Of a stretch of 64,000 bases of DNA, positions 53,822 to 63,255 are shown piece after piece. Both the position numbers and the translations under genes were made by a program. The stretch's first letter is position 1. Each line of letters starts with the position of its first letter. This DNA is from Escherichia phage vB_EcoM_ESCO8: the sequence record OM386653.1. One strand, written 5' to 3'. The notes beneath the pieces are model-generated. The model saw nothing but the letters and a program-made list of their open reading frames with translations. It made no database searches and was not told where the DNA came from.

Positions 53822-55558
53822 ATGGCTAAGAAAGAGTTGAGCTTCACTCCAACAGAAGAGCAAACAGCTATTAAGGAGGCTTTTCCAGACCATCGCTTTT
53901 TAACTATCCAAGCTAAATCTGGATCAGGCAAAACGTCAACACTTTATTTGCTGGCTAACAGTACAGAAGATCGCATTCTTTACTTAGCTTTCAATAAAAG
54001 CATGGCAGAAGAAGCACGACGTAAGATGCCACTAAATGTAGAATGCCGTACATTGCATTCTATTTGCTATCAATTCCTGGATCATCGTTTACGTGCAAAA
54101 CTGTCACGACCAGAAGGACAGTATGTTAACGTTGCAGGTACAGGTAGCGAGATAGCAAAGAAATTTAAGATTAATAATCTTATTGATAAACGAGGGAAAA
54201 CACTTTTAACTCGTGCTATGATCGGTTTAATGATCAAGCAAACCGTAGGTAAGTTTGAATTTTCGGATGATCCTTTTATCAGCCGTAAACATTTTCCTAG
54301 TGTACATCTTGCAGATATTAAAAGAAAAGGTATTAACGAACACAAACTAATTACAGAAGTAGTTAAGTATGCAAAACAACTGTGGCGAGAGCGCATCGAT
54401 CCTAACACAGATACTTTGATGACGCATGACACCTATGTAAAATTGTTTGAATTGTCTGGTGCTGATCTTGGTTATGATATTATTTTTGGTGATGAATTCC
54501 AGGATGTTAACCCTGCATTCTTGTCTATTCTGCGAAATGCTAAATCTGCAAAACAAGTAGTAGTGGTGGGTGACGAATATCAGAGCATCTACCAGTTCCG
54601 TGGAAGCCAAAATATGATGAAGGAAACCTCTACATATGGGGCAGAGCTTCCATTAACTGCTTGCTTCCGTTTTGGCCCCAAAGTGGCAAACATTGCCAAT
54701 ATGATTTTAAGCGATAAAGAACCTTTGCGTCATCCTTTGGTTGGTAAAGGCTTTGATACTGTAGTAGGTAGCTACAAATCAGATGTTGTAGACTATACAA
54801 AACCTTACACTATCATCTTTCGCAAGAATTTAACCTTGCTTATGGAGGCAATGGATCGTATTGCAGATGGGGAAGAAATTATTATTAACGTAGATACCAG
54901 AGATTTTATCTCTATGGTAGATAGTGTTAATGCTCTTCGGAGAGGAGATATTGAGAAAGTAAAACATGAAACTGTATTACCTTACGCAGACTGGAATGAA
55001 TTTGTTGAGTGTGCAGAGGCTGATCCAGATGCTAAACGCTTGTTAAACATCGTAGTTTCTGGTAAGGCGAACACTATAGCACATACACTTAGAACGCATA
55101 GAAATTCTCCTACAGCAAAAGTCACACTGACTACAGCACACAAGTCTAAAGGTTTGGAGTGGGATCAGGTTATTGTTGCTAATGATTTTCCTTCCAACTA
55201 TGATAAAAAGACTGGTGAATGGATAGGACTGGAAGAGGCAGAGCGAAACCTACTGTATGTAGCGCATACCCGTTGTGTTAAATGCTTACAATGGAACACA
55301 ACCGTACAGGAGATTATAGATATCAACCGTGTTGCAACAGAGAAAGTACCAACAAGCACCACTTTACCGATCAATGGTATTAAACTTGGTGTATTTGGCG
55401 CTGGCACATCTCGAAAAGCTGTAGAAAAATTTGTTGCAGATTCTTTTGATGGTAACTATAATCATGCACAAGCATATGAGAGTTGGTTAGAGGAAGGTGA
55501 AGGTGATTTTTTAGGTGAAATAAATCTTTTACCAGATATAAATAAACTGGTAAACTAA
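53822..55558 (+). CDS. SF1 UvrD/Rep-type DNA helicase
   Basis: Track ORF from 53783; ATG at 53822 after agagaggttgaa RBS. Walker A AKSGSGKTSTL, motif II GDEFQD, motif III VGDEYQSIYQFRG, C-terminal TAHKSKGLEWD. Confidence 0.75.
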   Translation: MAKKELSFTPTEEQTAIKEAFPDHRFLTIQAKSGSGKTSTLYLLANSTEDRILYLAFNKSMAEEARRKMPLNVECRTLHSICYQFLDHRLRAKLSRPEGQYVNVAGTGSEIAKKFKINNLIDKRGKTLLTRAMIGLMIKQTVGKFEFSDDPFISRKHFPSVHLADIKRKGINEHKLITEVVKYAKQLWRERIDPNTDTLMTHDTYVKLFELSGADLGYDIIFGDEFQDVNPAFLSILRNAKSAKQVVVVGDEYQSIYQFRGSQNMMKETSTYGAELPLTACFRFGPKVANIANMILSDKEPLRHPLVGKGFDTVVGSYKSDVVDYTKPYTIIFRKNLTLLMEAMDRIADGEEIIINVDTRDFISMVDSVNALRRGDIEKVKHETVLPYADWNEFVECAEADPDAKRLLNIVVSGKANTIAHTLRTHRNSPTAKVTLTTAHKSKGLEWDQVIVANDFPSNYDKKTGEWIGLEEAERNLLYVAHTRCVKCLQWNTTVQEIIDINRVATEKVPTSTTLPINGIKLGVFGAGTSRKAVEKFVADSFDGNYNHAQAYESWLEEGEGDFLGEINLLPDINKLVN

Positions 55559-55568
55559 GGGGGTTAAA

Positions 55569-55820
55569 GTGGCAGGGTATCATTTGAAGGAGATTAGCAA
55601 AGAGGAATATGGTTCTATTGCTAAAATTCAAGAAGAGCTTTATGAACTTCAGGATGCTATTGATCAAGATTGCAAGCTGATGCAACTTATTGAGTTATCA
55701 GATATTGTAGGCGCTGTTGAAGGTGTTCTTGAACAGCATTTTCCTGATATGACGCTTCAAGATTTGATCACTATGTCGAACATTACTAAACGTGCATTCC
55801 GCAATGGAGGTCGCTCATGA
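55569..55820 (+). CDS. MazG-like nucleotide pyrophosphohydrolase domain protein, tentative
   Basis: 83 aa; EELYELQDAI...ELSDIVG resembles the MazG EExxEL...E(L)xD helical signature. Confidence 0.4.
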   Translation: MAGYHLKEISKEEYGSIAKIQEELYELQDAIDQDCKLMQLIELSDIVGAVEGVLEQHFPDMTLQDLITMSNITKRAFRNGGRS

Positions 55821-56389
55821 ATGTTGAAGTAATAGCCCAAGCTATTGATTACTATGGTCGGTTTGCACAAATGTTGGAAGTTCCATATCTCGTGGATGCT
55901 GATATACTGGTGTACACACTACCAGAAAATAAAGAGGATCGCCCATTAGGGCATCCTAACGGTAAATACTATGTAGCCAGTGCAGAACAATCTTTCCTGC
56001 AAATGGAGAAGGATGGTTTTGAATTTGCAGCAGGTAATCCTTATATGGCACTAACACCATGTTACCGTACAGAAGAAAATTTAGATGATACTCATTTCAA
56101 TATTTTCTTGAAATTGGAGTTGATTGAGTTCTATCCTGATGCTACAATTGAAGAGTATGCTAACTCTATGCGCTGTTTCTTCTCTACTTACTATGGAGTT
56201 AAAACATATTTAGTACCCACTAATATTGGGGTTGACGTAGAGGATGAATATGGTTTAGAATTAGGTTCATTCGGTATGAGGGAGTCTCCAAAAGGTCATC
56301 CTTATATCTATGCAACAGGTATTGCGGAGCCTAGGGCTTCACTGGCAATAAACCGTGTTGTAAATAAGATTCAAAGCATTAGCAAATAA
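55817..56389 (+). CDS. hypothetical protein with class II aminoacyl-tRNA-synthetase-like motif 2, weak
   Basis: 190 aa; CYRTEENLDDTHFNIFLKLEL resembles class II motif 2 (fRxE...H..F...E); GSFGMRE is a possible motif-3 analogue. Fold assignment uncertain. Confidence 0.3.
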   Translation: MNVEVIAQAIDYYGRFAQMLEVPYLVDADILVYTLPENKEDRPLGHPNGKYYVASAEQSFLQMEKDGFEFAAGNPYMALTPCYRTEENLDDTHFNIFLKLELIEFYPDATIEEYANSMRCFFSTYYGVKTYLVPTNIGVDVEDEYGLELGSFGMRESPKGHPYIYATGIAEPRASLAINRVVNKIQSISK

Positions 56390-56401
56390 GAGGAGAATAG
56401 A

Positions 56402-56836
56402 ATGTCTATTGTGACACAAATGAAAGCAGATCGTATCTTAGCACGTACAACCGATAAGGGTGCTTTTGCTTTGTTAACTAATATTATTGGTGAGTTTGAC
56501 CTTGCTCGTACTCAAAAGGCAAATCTAAATAAATCAGAAGACGATATTATGATTAACATTGTTAAGATTGGTATTGCACACGCTAAAGAGGAGCTAGACT
56601 CACTTAAGAAAGTTAATGCTTCCCTTAGCAAATGTGAGCGAGCTATGCGTGATATCACCACTCTGGAAAAATATTTACCAGAAATGCTATCTGAAGATGA
56701 CCTTCGAGCGATTGCTGAAGAATTTGCCTTGACAGGCAAGAAAATGCCAGATATGATGAAACACCTTAAAGCAGAGTATCCGAATCAATATGATGGAAAA
56801 CTTGCTTCTACCATTGCAAAAGAAATTTTAAACTAA
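56402..56836 (+). CDS. GatB/YqeY-domain protein
   Basis: 144 aa; YLPEMLSEDDLRAIAEEFALTGKKMPDMMKHLKAEYP...KLASTIAKEIL parallels YqeY YLPEQLSEEE...DMGKVMG...KVK...LV. Confidence 0.5.
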   Translation: MSIVTQMKADRILARTTDKGAFALLTNIIGEFDLARTQKANLNKSEDDIMINIVKIGIAHAKEELDSLKKVNASLSKCERAMRDITTLEKYLPEMLSEDDLRAIAEEFALTGKKMPDMMKHLKAEYPNQYDGKLASTIAKEILN

Positions 56837-56853
56837 TTTAGAAGGAGAACATA

Positions 56854-57804
56854 ATGATTGCATTTTACGCTAATAAACTGGAAGTTAAAAAAGCAGCAGA
56901 AGAGATGGGTATCCTGCATATTCTTAACGAAGCAATTCACAAAAGTTTTGGTTACACGTCTGAAGCAGAAATCAATGATCTGATTCACAGTGTTAATGAC
57001 TTGTTCTTCTACCCTAACTTTCTACAGCAATTAGATGGTTGTGGATTTGAATATATGGAGCTTCATCCTGAATATACATTTATGGAAGTAACACCTGAAG
57101 GTTTTCTGGAGATTATTCGTACTGAATATCTTGCTAAAGAGGATAAAGAAAAAGATATGGCTGAAAAAGTACAACTGACTGTGCATAATACGTGTTTCCT
57201 GGATACTGAGGCCACGGAAGAAAATATTAATTACTTGCTTTCCGTTTGTAATCCTCATTGTCCACAACCACATTGGAAAAATGCAGATCATTATCTAATG
57301 TATTCAACTGAAGAAAACATTACTTTCTTCGATGAAAATAGTGGTATTAATGGTGCACATAAGAATTCTCCATATAGGAAAGATCGGTTTGTAGTTGATG
57401 TAAAAACATTTACTAAACTGTTTGAGGAGTATTATTCAAAAAATGAAAGTAAGACTGAATCTTCACCAAAACCACGTTTTCGCCGACCGCGTAAACCTGT
57501 GCCTACTCGTTCTGTAAGTTATGTTCGTATCATTTACACTACGCAGCAGGTATATACTCTTAAGAACGTAAGTACCCTTTCTGTACAAGAAGATGTAATT
57601 AATATTGTGCGTAATAATGTTATTACAGAGGGTATTGAGGAAAAGATTATGTCTGTTATCGATCCTAAACTTGTTATGGCAATCATTATTAATGAACCAA
57701 AAGGTGTAACAACATTGTTCCGAAATATTCATGGCACTTGGGAAACTCAAGTTGACGGTTTGACTTCTGATGGTTGTACACGTATTACCAAAAACCTTGA
57801 CTAA
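56854..57804 (+). CDS. hypothetical protein (316 aa)
   Basis: ORF track; aaggagaacataATG. Confidence 0.5.
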   Translation: MIAFYANKLEVKKAAEEMGILHILNEAIHKSFGYTSEAEINDLIHSVNDLFFYPNFLQQLDGCGFEYMELHPEYTFMEVTPEGFLEIIRTEYLAKEDKEKDMAEKVQLTVHNTCFLDTEATEENINYLLSVCNPHCPQPHWKNADHYLMYSTEENITFFDENSGINGAHKNSPYRKDRFVVDVKTFTKLFEEYYSKNESKTESSPKPRFRRPRKPVPTRSVSYVRIIYTTQQVYTLKNVSTLSVQEDVINIVRNNVITEGIEEKIMSVIDPKLVMAIIINEPKGVTTLFRNIHGTWETQVDGLTSDGCTRITKNLD

Positions 57805-57851
57805 GATCAAGGACAATCTTACGAAAAAGATTTAAAATAAAGATCCACCCT

Positions 57852-57880
57852 AAAGCCAGCTTAATGCTGGCTTTTATTTT
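57852..57880 (+). terminator. rho-independent terminator (aagccagcTTAATgctggctt + T-run)
   Basis: Hairpin after 56854..57804 stop; argues that the nrdD start is at 57894, not 57864. Confidence 0.55.
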
Positions 57881-57893
57881 CCACGGAGGATTA

Positions 57894-59693
57894 ATGACCC
57901 AAAAACTATATGAGGATGTAATCGGATTCCTCGAACAAACATCCGAAGAATTTACTCGTGAAAATGCAAACAAACCTGCAATGATTGTTAATACTCACCG
58001 AGACTTACTAGCAGGTATCCTAAGCAAGCACATGGCAATGACCCATATTTTACCGGAAGATCTGGCAGAATGGCATAAAAGTGGGTATGGTCACATTCAC
58101 GATTTAGATTATTTACTCTCACCTTTAACTAATTGTTGCCTGGTAAATTACCAAGATATGCTTGAGAACGGTTTCCGTATTGGTAATGCACATATTGAAA
58201 AACCAAAATCTATCGGTGTAGCGACTACTGTCCTAACTCAAATTATTCAAGCAGTAGCTTCTAGCCAATATGGTGGACAAACTTGTGCACATGTTGATAC
58301 TGGGCTTAGTCAATACGTTAAAGCAAGTTTTAATAAAATATATGCCGATGTTGGCGATTATGATATTGCTATGCGTATGGTAGATAAACAGGTCTATGAT
58401 GCAATGCAAACTTTAATCTACCAGGTGAACACTCTAATGAGTGTAAATGGTCAGTCACCTTTTATAACAATTAGTTTAGGTTTGGATACCTCTGCTTTTG
58501 GTAGAATGATCACTAAAAACTACCTAATGGTGCACAAACAAGGATTGGGAAAAGATAGGGTAACTCCTGTGTTTCCTAAAGTTATCTTCTTCTTGGAAGA
58601 TGGTGTTAACATGAAAGCTGGCGATCCAAATTATGATTTGAAGCAACTGGCAATGGAGTGTTGTGCTGAACGCATTTATCCTGATTTTATCTCTGTACCT
58701 TTAAACAAAGAAGTTACAGGATCTTCAGATGGTCGCGTCACAAGCATGGGTTGCCGTAGCTTCTTGTCATACTATGCAACAGAGCAAGGTGAAAAATATG
58801 ATGGTCGTTTCAACTTAGGCGTAGTTTCTTTAAACTTACCTATCATTGCAGCAGAGTCCCGTGAAAAGGGCATCTTATTTACTGAACTGTTGGAACAACA
58901 TATGGAGATGGCGTATAAGGCACATATGCTACGTGTTAACCGTATTAGACATACCAAAGCATCTCAAAACCCTACATTGTTTATGGAAGGGGCTTTAGCT
59001 CGACTAGAAGCTAATGAAGAGATTGGTAAGCTATTTGAAGGTGGTTATGCCTCTATTAGTATCGGTTATGTAGGTTTAGCAGAAGCTATGGAGATTTTAT
59101 ACCCAGGTAACACCAATCCAAAAGCAATGGGTAAAAACATCCTTCAATATATGAAGGATATCTGTGGCACATTTAAAGAACGTTCTGGTTTAGCTTTTAG
59201 TTTGTATGGAACACCAGCAGAATCCTTGTGCTATAAATTTGCCAAAGCATTAAATGATCGCTATCCTGGTTCTATTGATCGTGACTACTTGACAAACTCT
59301 TTCCATCAACCTGTGTGGATGCACACTACCCCGTTCCAAAAGTGGGATTATGAGGAAGGTTTTGCACAAATCAGTAATGGTGGGAACATAGGCTATGTAG
59401 AAACACCAAACCTTAAAAATAACTTGCAAGCACTGGAAACCCTTGTAGATTATGCCTACAACAAAATTCCTTATTTTGGCGTGAACCAACCTGTAGATCA
59501 GTGTTTCAAATGTGGTTTTCATGGTGAATTTAAGGCAACAGCTAAAGGCTTCGAGTGTCCAAGTTGTGGCAATCATGAGGAAGAATCTATATCTGTAATC
59601 AGAAGAGTGTCAGGATACCTGTCTGCCCCTAACTCTCGCCCTTATAATAAAGGTAAAATGCAAGAGGTATTAGAAAGGGAGAAACATTTTTGA
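57894..59693 (+). CDS. nrdD: anaerobic ribonucleoside-triphosphate reductase
   Basis: About 599 aa; C-terminal zinc ribbon CFKCGFHGEF...CPSCGN followed by glycyl-radical-like RRVSGYL; followed by nrdG. Confidence 0.85.
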   Translation: MTQKLYEDVIGFLEQTSEEFTRENANKPAMIVNTHRDLLAGILSKHMAMTHILPEDLAEWHKSGYGHIHDLDYLLSPLTNCCLVNYQDMLENGFRIGNAHIEKPKSIGVATTVLTQIIQAVASSQYGGQTCAHVDTGLSQYVKASFNKIYADVGDYDIAMRMVDKQVYDAMQTLIYQVNTLMSVNGQSPFITISLGLDTSAFGRMITKNYLMVHKQGLGKDRVTPVFPKVIFFLEDGVNMKAGDPNYDLKQLAMECCAERIYPDFISVPLNKEVTGSSDGRVTSMGCRSFLSYYATEQGEKYDGRFNLGVVSLNLPIIAAESREKGILFTELLEQHMEMAYKAHMLRVNRIRHTKASQNPTLFMEGALARLEANEEIGKLFEGGYASISIGYVGLAEAMEILYPGNTNPKAMGKNILQYMKDICGTFKERSGLAFSLYGTPAESLCYKFAKALNDRYPGSIDRDYLTNSFHQPVWMHTTPFQKWDYEEGFAQISNGGNIGYVETPNLKNNLQALETLVDYAYNKIPYFGVNQPVDQCFKCGFHGEFKATAKGFECPSCGNHEEESISVIRRVSGYLSAPNSRPYNKGKMQEVLEREKHF

Positions 59694-60160
59694 ATTACGC
59701 CGGATATGAACCTGTTGACATGCTCAACGGTGATGGTGTAAGATGCTCTTTGTGGGTGAGCGGTTGTAGCCACGGTTGCCGTGGCTGCTTTAACCAGAAA
59801 GCCTGGTCGTATAACTACGGACAAGAGTTCACTACTGAAACATTAGATCTTATCTTGAAAGATTTATCTCGACCTTTCATTAAAGGATTAACAGTTTTAG
59901 GTGGTGAACCTCTTGACAAAGAGAACATTGACACTGTAGAGTATGTTCTTGAGAAGGTAAGAGATTGTTTTGGAAACAAAAAAGATATTGTCTTATATAC
60001 AGGATATCTTTTTGAAGAAATTCCAGAGAAAATTAAAAAACTGGTTGACATAGTAATAGATGGTAAGTATGATATGACTCAACCAACAACGAAACGTTAT
60101 AGAGGTTCAGATAATCAACGAATGTGGGTTAAGAAAGACAACATTTGGGAATCTGACTAA
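59690..60160 (+). CDS. nrdG: anaerobic RNR activating protein (radical SAM)
   Basis: 156 aa; CSHGCRGC (Cx3Cx2C) radical-SAM cluster motif near N-terminus; directly downstream of nrdD. Confidence 0.85.
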   Translation: MNYAGYEPVDMLNGDGVRCSLWVSGCSHGCRGCFNQKAWSYNYGQEFTTETLDLILKDLSRPFIKGLTVLGGEPLDKENIDTVEYVLEKVRDCFGNKKDIVLYTGYLFEEIPEKIKKLVDIVIDGKYDMTQPTTKRYRGSDNQRMWVKKDNIWESD

Positions 60161-60180
60161 ATTAAATAGAGGAGAAAACT

Positions 60181-61341
60181 ATGTTTACAGTATTCGGCAA
60201 TCAAATCTTCCTGCGTCAGAAGTCTGGTACAGATATTGAAGAAATTCCAGCAGGAACTTTTGGTGTAGGTGTTACTCAAAGTGGCGAGTTCTTCCTGTAT
60301 CCTAAAAACGATATGGAAGTCCCTTCAGTAACATACGGTGATACTGATGATAAATCAGAACGTATTATCAAGACGTTCCTTAGCCGCAAAGGTAAAAACA
60401 CAGGTGTTCTCCTTGAGGGTACGAAGGGTAGCGGTAAAACTTTGCAAGCTAAAATGCTGTCTTCTGCTCTTCGTGAAATGGGTATTCCTACTATTTCTAT
60501 CGGTAGTGCTTTTAATGGTGAAGGCTTTATCAATTTTATGTCTAAAATCACACAACCTGTGATGATTATGATCGATGAATTTGATAAACTGTATGCTGAA
60601 AAAGATGCACAGGATGGTTTGCTTACCCTGCTGGATGGTGTTGGTGGCTATGACAAGCTGTTTGTATTGACTAAAAATGATGGTTATGTATCAGAATTTT
60701 TGCGTAATCGCCCTAGCCGTATTTTCTACAGCTTTAACTATAAGAAACTACCTAAAGCTACTATGGATGATTATCTGGCTAAAAATCTGGAGAACAAAGC
60801 CTTTTTACCAGATTTTGAAACGCTTTATAATCTGTCCGTGGACTTGAACTTTGATATTGTTCAGTCATTAGTAGAAGAACTTAACCGTTACCCTAATGAC
60901 AAATTCTCTGATGCACTTGCATTAATGGGTATCAGTATTACTGAACACCGCTATGCTGCAAAAGAAGTTAAACTTCTGAAAGTTAACGGTGTAGATCGTA
61001 CAGGAGATGTTTCGGCAGATACCGATATTGACGGTATGACAGCACAGGGTTTGTTTAGCGGTAATCGTTATGTTGTAGCTGTAGACCATAAGCTAGGAGA
61101 AGAGCATCTTCCTGAAATGGAAGGAGTCGTTACCGTAGAAGATAAAGACGAAGAAGGTGACTACTACTGGGGTGTAGACCGTATCTTGCTGACGTATGAT
61201 GAAAAACACATCCGTACAATGGGCGGTGACGGTTATCACTTTATGTTCACCGATGATAAAGGTAACAACATTGAAGTTGTTATTAAAAACAAAGAACGTA
61301 AAAACTACACAGAGTATGTGTTTGGTGGTCGTTCTTACTAA
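60181..61341 (+). CDS. AAA-type P-loop ATPase, paralog 2
   Basis: 386 aa; Walker A GTKGSGKT, Walker B IMIDEFD, NRPSR; paralog of 44488..45615. Confidence 0.6.
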   Translation: MFTVFGNQIFLRQKSGTDIEEIPAGTFGVGVTQSGEFFLYPKNDMEVPSVTYGDTDDKSERIIKTFLSRKGKNTGVLLEGTKGSGKTLQAKMLSSALREMGIPTISIGSAFNGEGFINFMSKITQPVMIMIDEFDKLYAEKDAQDGLLTLLDGVGGYDKLFVLTKNDGYVSEFLRNRPSRIFYSFNYKKLPKATMDDYLAKNLENKAFLPDFETLYNLSVDLNFDIVQSLVEELNRYPNDKFSDALALMGISITEHRYAAKEVKLLKVNGVDRTGDVSADTDIDGMTAQGLFSGNRYVVAVDHKLGEEHLPEMEGVVTVEDKDEEGDYYWGVDRILLTYDEKHIRTMGGDGYHFMFTDDKGNNIEVVIKNKERKNYTEYVFGGRSY

Positions 61342-61347
61342 GTGATA

Positions 61348-61372
61348 AAAGGAGGCGAAAGCCTCCTTTATT
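61348..61372 (+). terminator. rho-independent terminator (ggaggcGAAAgcctcc + ttta ttt)
   Basis: Hairpin after ATPase stop. Confidence 0.5.
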
Positions 61373-61375
61373 TGT

Positions 61376-61579
61376 ATGGAGGGTATTATGGATCATTATT
61401 TTGTTTTTAAAGATAAAGTTGATACCGCAGGTGGTCACGTTGCTAAAAATGATCGTGACATTAAAGAAGTATTAGGAGATCTGATTAACATTTTAGAACA
61501 AAAAGAGTTGCTTTTAGATAAGGATATTGCTAGACTTCTTGGTGTGGGGATAAGTGACATACAAAGATTACCATTCTAA
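61376..61579 (+). CDS. hypothetical protein (63-67 aa)
   Basis: ORF track; second in-frame ATG at 61388 has a better RBS. Confidence 0.4.
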   Translation: MEGIMDHYFVFKDKVDTAGGHVAKNDRDIKEVLGDLINILEQKELLLDKDIARLLGVGISDIQRLPF

Positions 61580-61590
61580 AGGGGAAGAAA

Positions 61591-61746
61591 ATGCTTACAG
61601 ATGATGAATATAAAGCTATCCAAGAAAAACTAACGGAACTTGAAATTCTTGCTGTCAATATTAAAGATCAATCACATGCTGGAAAGTTACTACATCAAGA
61701 GATCAATAAAATTAAGCAGATGATATTCTTTTGGACGGAGGATTAA
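61591..61746 (+). CDS. small protein (51 aa)
   Basis: Not in track; ggggaagaaaATG RBS; stop abuts HAD-like gene. Confidence 0.35.
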   Translation: MLTDDEYKAIQEKLTELEILAVNIKDQSHAGKLLHQEINKIKQMIFFWTED

Positions 61747-61748
61747 AA

Positions 61749-62405
61749 ATGACTGTTAAGCATATTTCTTTTGATGTATGGAATACTCTTATTACTGCTA
61801 ATCCTTTGTATGCAGAAGAACGCAACAAGGTTATTGCCGAGTATGCCTCTTGTTCTGAGGTAGAAGCAGCTACCGTATATAAAGAGGTAAAAACTCTCCT
61901 GGATTTAAAAGCAGAAAAAGGCATTTGTGGAACATCTAGAAATGCTTGGGAAACACTTTCTGCTCGTTTGAACATTGATCTTGATAAAGTAGATGGGTTA
62001 AAAAGAGACTGTTTAGCAATGTTTATAAAACATCCTCCAACATTAAACCCTGAACTTTGCAAGAAGTTGGAAGAGCTAAGTTCAACCTATTCTTTGAGTA
62101 TTAAAAGCAATACTAATTTTGTACCTGGTAGTTTTTTAGCTGTATATTCTGGCTTGACAAAATTACCATTCGACTTTATGCATTTTTCTGACGAGTTTTG
62201 CTTGTGTAAACCAGATCCTAGGTTTTTTAAACTCTCTTTTGATGAAATGGTAACGTTTGATCTCGCACCAGAGGAGATCTTACACGTTGGAGATAGTTTG
62301 ATCTATGATGGAAAAGCTGTTGACATAGGGATGAAGTTCTGTCATATTATTAATCCAGAAGACTTGTTGGCTAAACTTAAAAAAGAGGAACTTATTAATG
62401 CGTAA
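61749..62405 (+). CDS. HAD-superfamily-like hydrolase, tentative
   Basis: Track ORF from 61731; ATG at 61749 after ggaggattaaaa. N-terminal ISFDVWNTL (haloacid-dehalogenase-like DxxGTL variant) and C-terminal HVGDSLIYDGKAVDIGM (motif IV-like). Confidence 0.45.
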   Translation: MTVKHISFDVWNTLITANPLYAEERNKVIAEYASCSEVEAATVYKEVKTLLDLKAEKGICGTSRNAWETLSARLNIDLDKVDGLKRDCLAMFIKHPPTLNPELCKKLEELSSTYSLSIKSNTNFVPGSFLAVYSGLTKLPFDFMHFSDEFCLCKPDPRFFKLSFDEMVTFDLAPEEILHVGDSLIYDGKAVDIGMKFCHIINPEDLLAKLKKEELINA

Positions 62406-63255
62406 TCAAATTCAACATTTTGCTAATACTTTTACTAACCTGAAGGAAGCAAAATTTAACATTGCAGATTATTCCAAGCTAAAGTTTGGTAGTAACCAGG
62501 CAGCAAAAAGAATGGGGCGCATTCTGGCTGAAAGTTTCTTTTCCAAGTATGAAGAACGACTGGTAAATGAAAGTTTTGTTGTTATTCCATCTCCATATAA
62601 CTATGTGAAAAATGCAGCTACAGTGTTATCTGAACATTTTGTAGATCACCTCAACTACCTAATCTCTATCAAAGGAGGTAAAGCAGTGGAGTGGGATATC
62701 GTTCATCGTAAAGTGAGCTATATCAATGATTATGGATTTCTTAGCAAAGAAGATCGTAAGGCTTTGATCGATGGTGACACTTTCTCTATCAATCGTGATT
62801 TCTGGGGTAATAAAACTCTGATTTTCATTGATGATGTTAATATTACAGGAACGCACGAAGAAAAACTTATTGAAATTTTAGACAAAGAAGGTGTTGAAAA
62901 CGATACGTTTTTCCTGTACTTTGCAAAGTATGAAGGTACAGAAGCCAATACCGAAGCTGCACTTAACTTCAACTATATCAATAACCTGGCAGCTTTTATT
63001 AAAATGATTAAACAAGAAACTGATGCTAAATGTTTGGTTCGTCCTATTAAGTATCTAATGAGTCAAAGCGAAGTTGATTTTAAAATTGCACTTTCACAGC
63101 TTCCTTTGTATTATGTAGAACAACTGTTCTTTGGTTGCCTTGCAGAAGGCTACAATAACATTGAAAAATATAAAGAGAACTTTGATTTCCTACGTCAATT
63201 TTTTGAAAGCAACATTATCAACAAATCTAATGTTAAAGGGGATTATTATGTCTAA
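62398..63255 (+). CDS. phosphoribosyltransferase (type I PRT) fold protein
   Basis: 285 aa; TLIFIDDVNITGTH matches the PRPP-binding loop (hhhhDDhhxTGxT). Confidence 0.5.
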   Translation: MRNQIQHFANTFTNLKEAKFNIADYSKLKFGSNQAAKRMGRILAESFFSKYEERLVNESFVVIPSPYNYVKNAATVLSEHFVDHLNYLISIKGGKAVEWDIVHRKVSYINDYGFLSKEDRKALIDGDTFSINRDFWGNKTLIFIDDVNITGTHEEKLIEILDKEGVENDTFFLYFAKYEGTEANTEAALNFNYINNLAAFIKMIKQETDAKCLVRPIKYLMSQSEVDFKIALSQLPLYYVEQLFFGCLAEGYNNIEKYKENFDFLRQFFESNIINKSNVKGDYYV

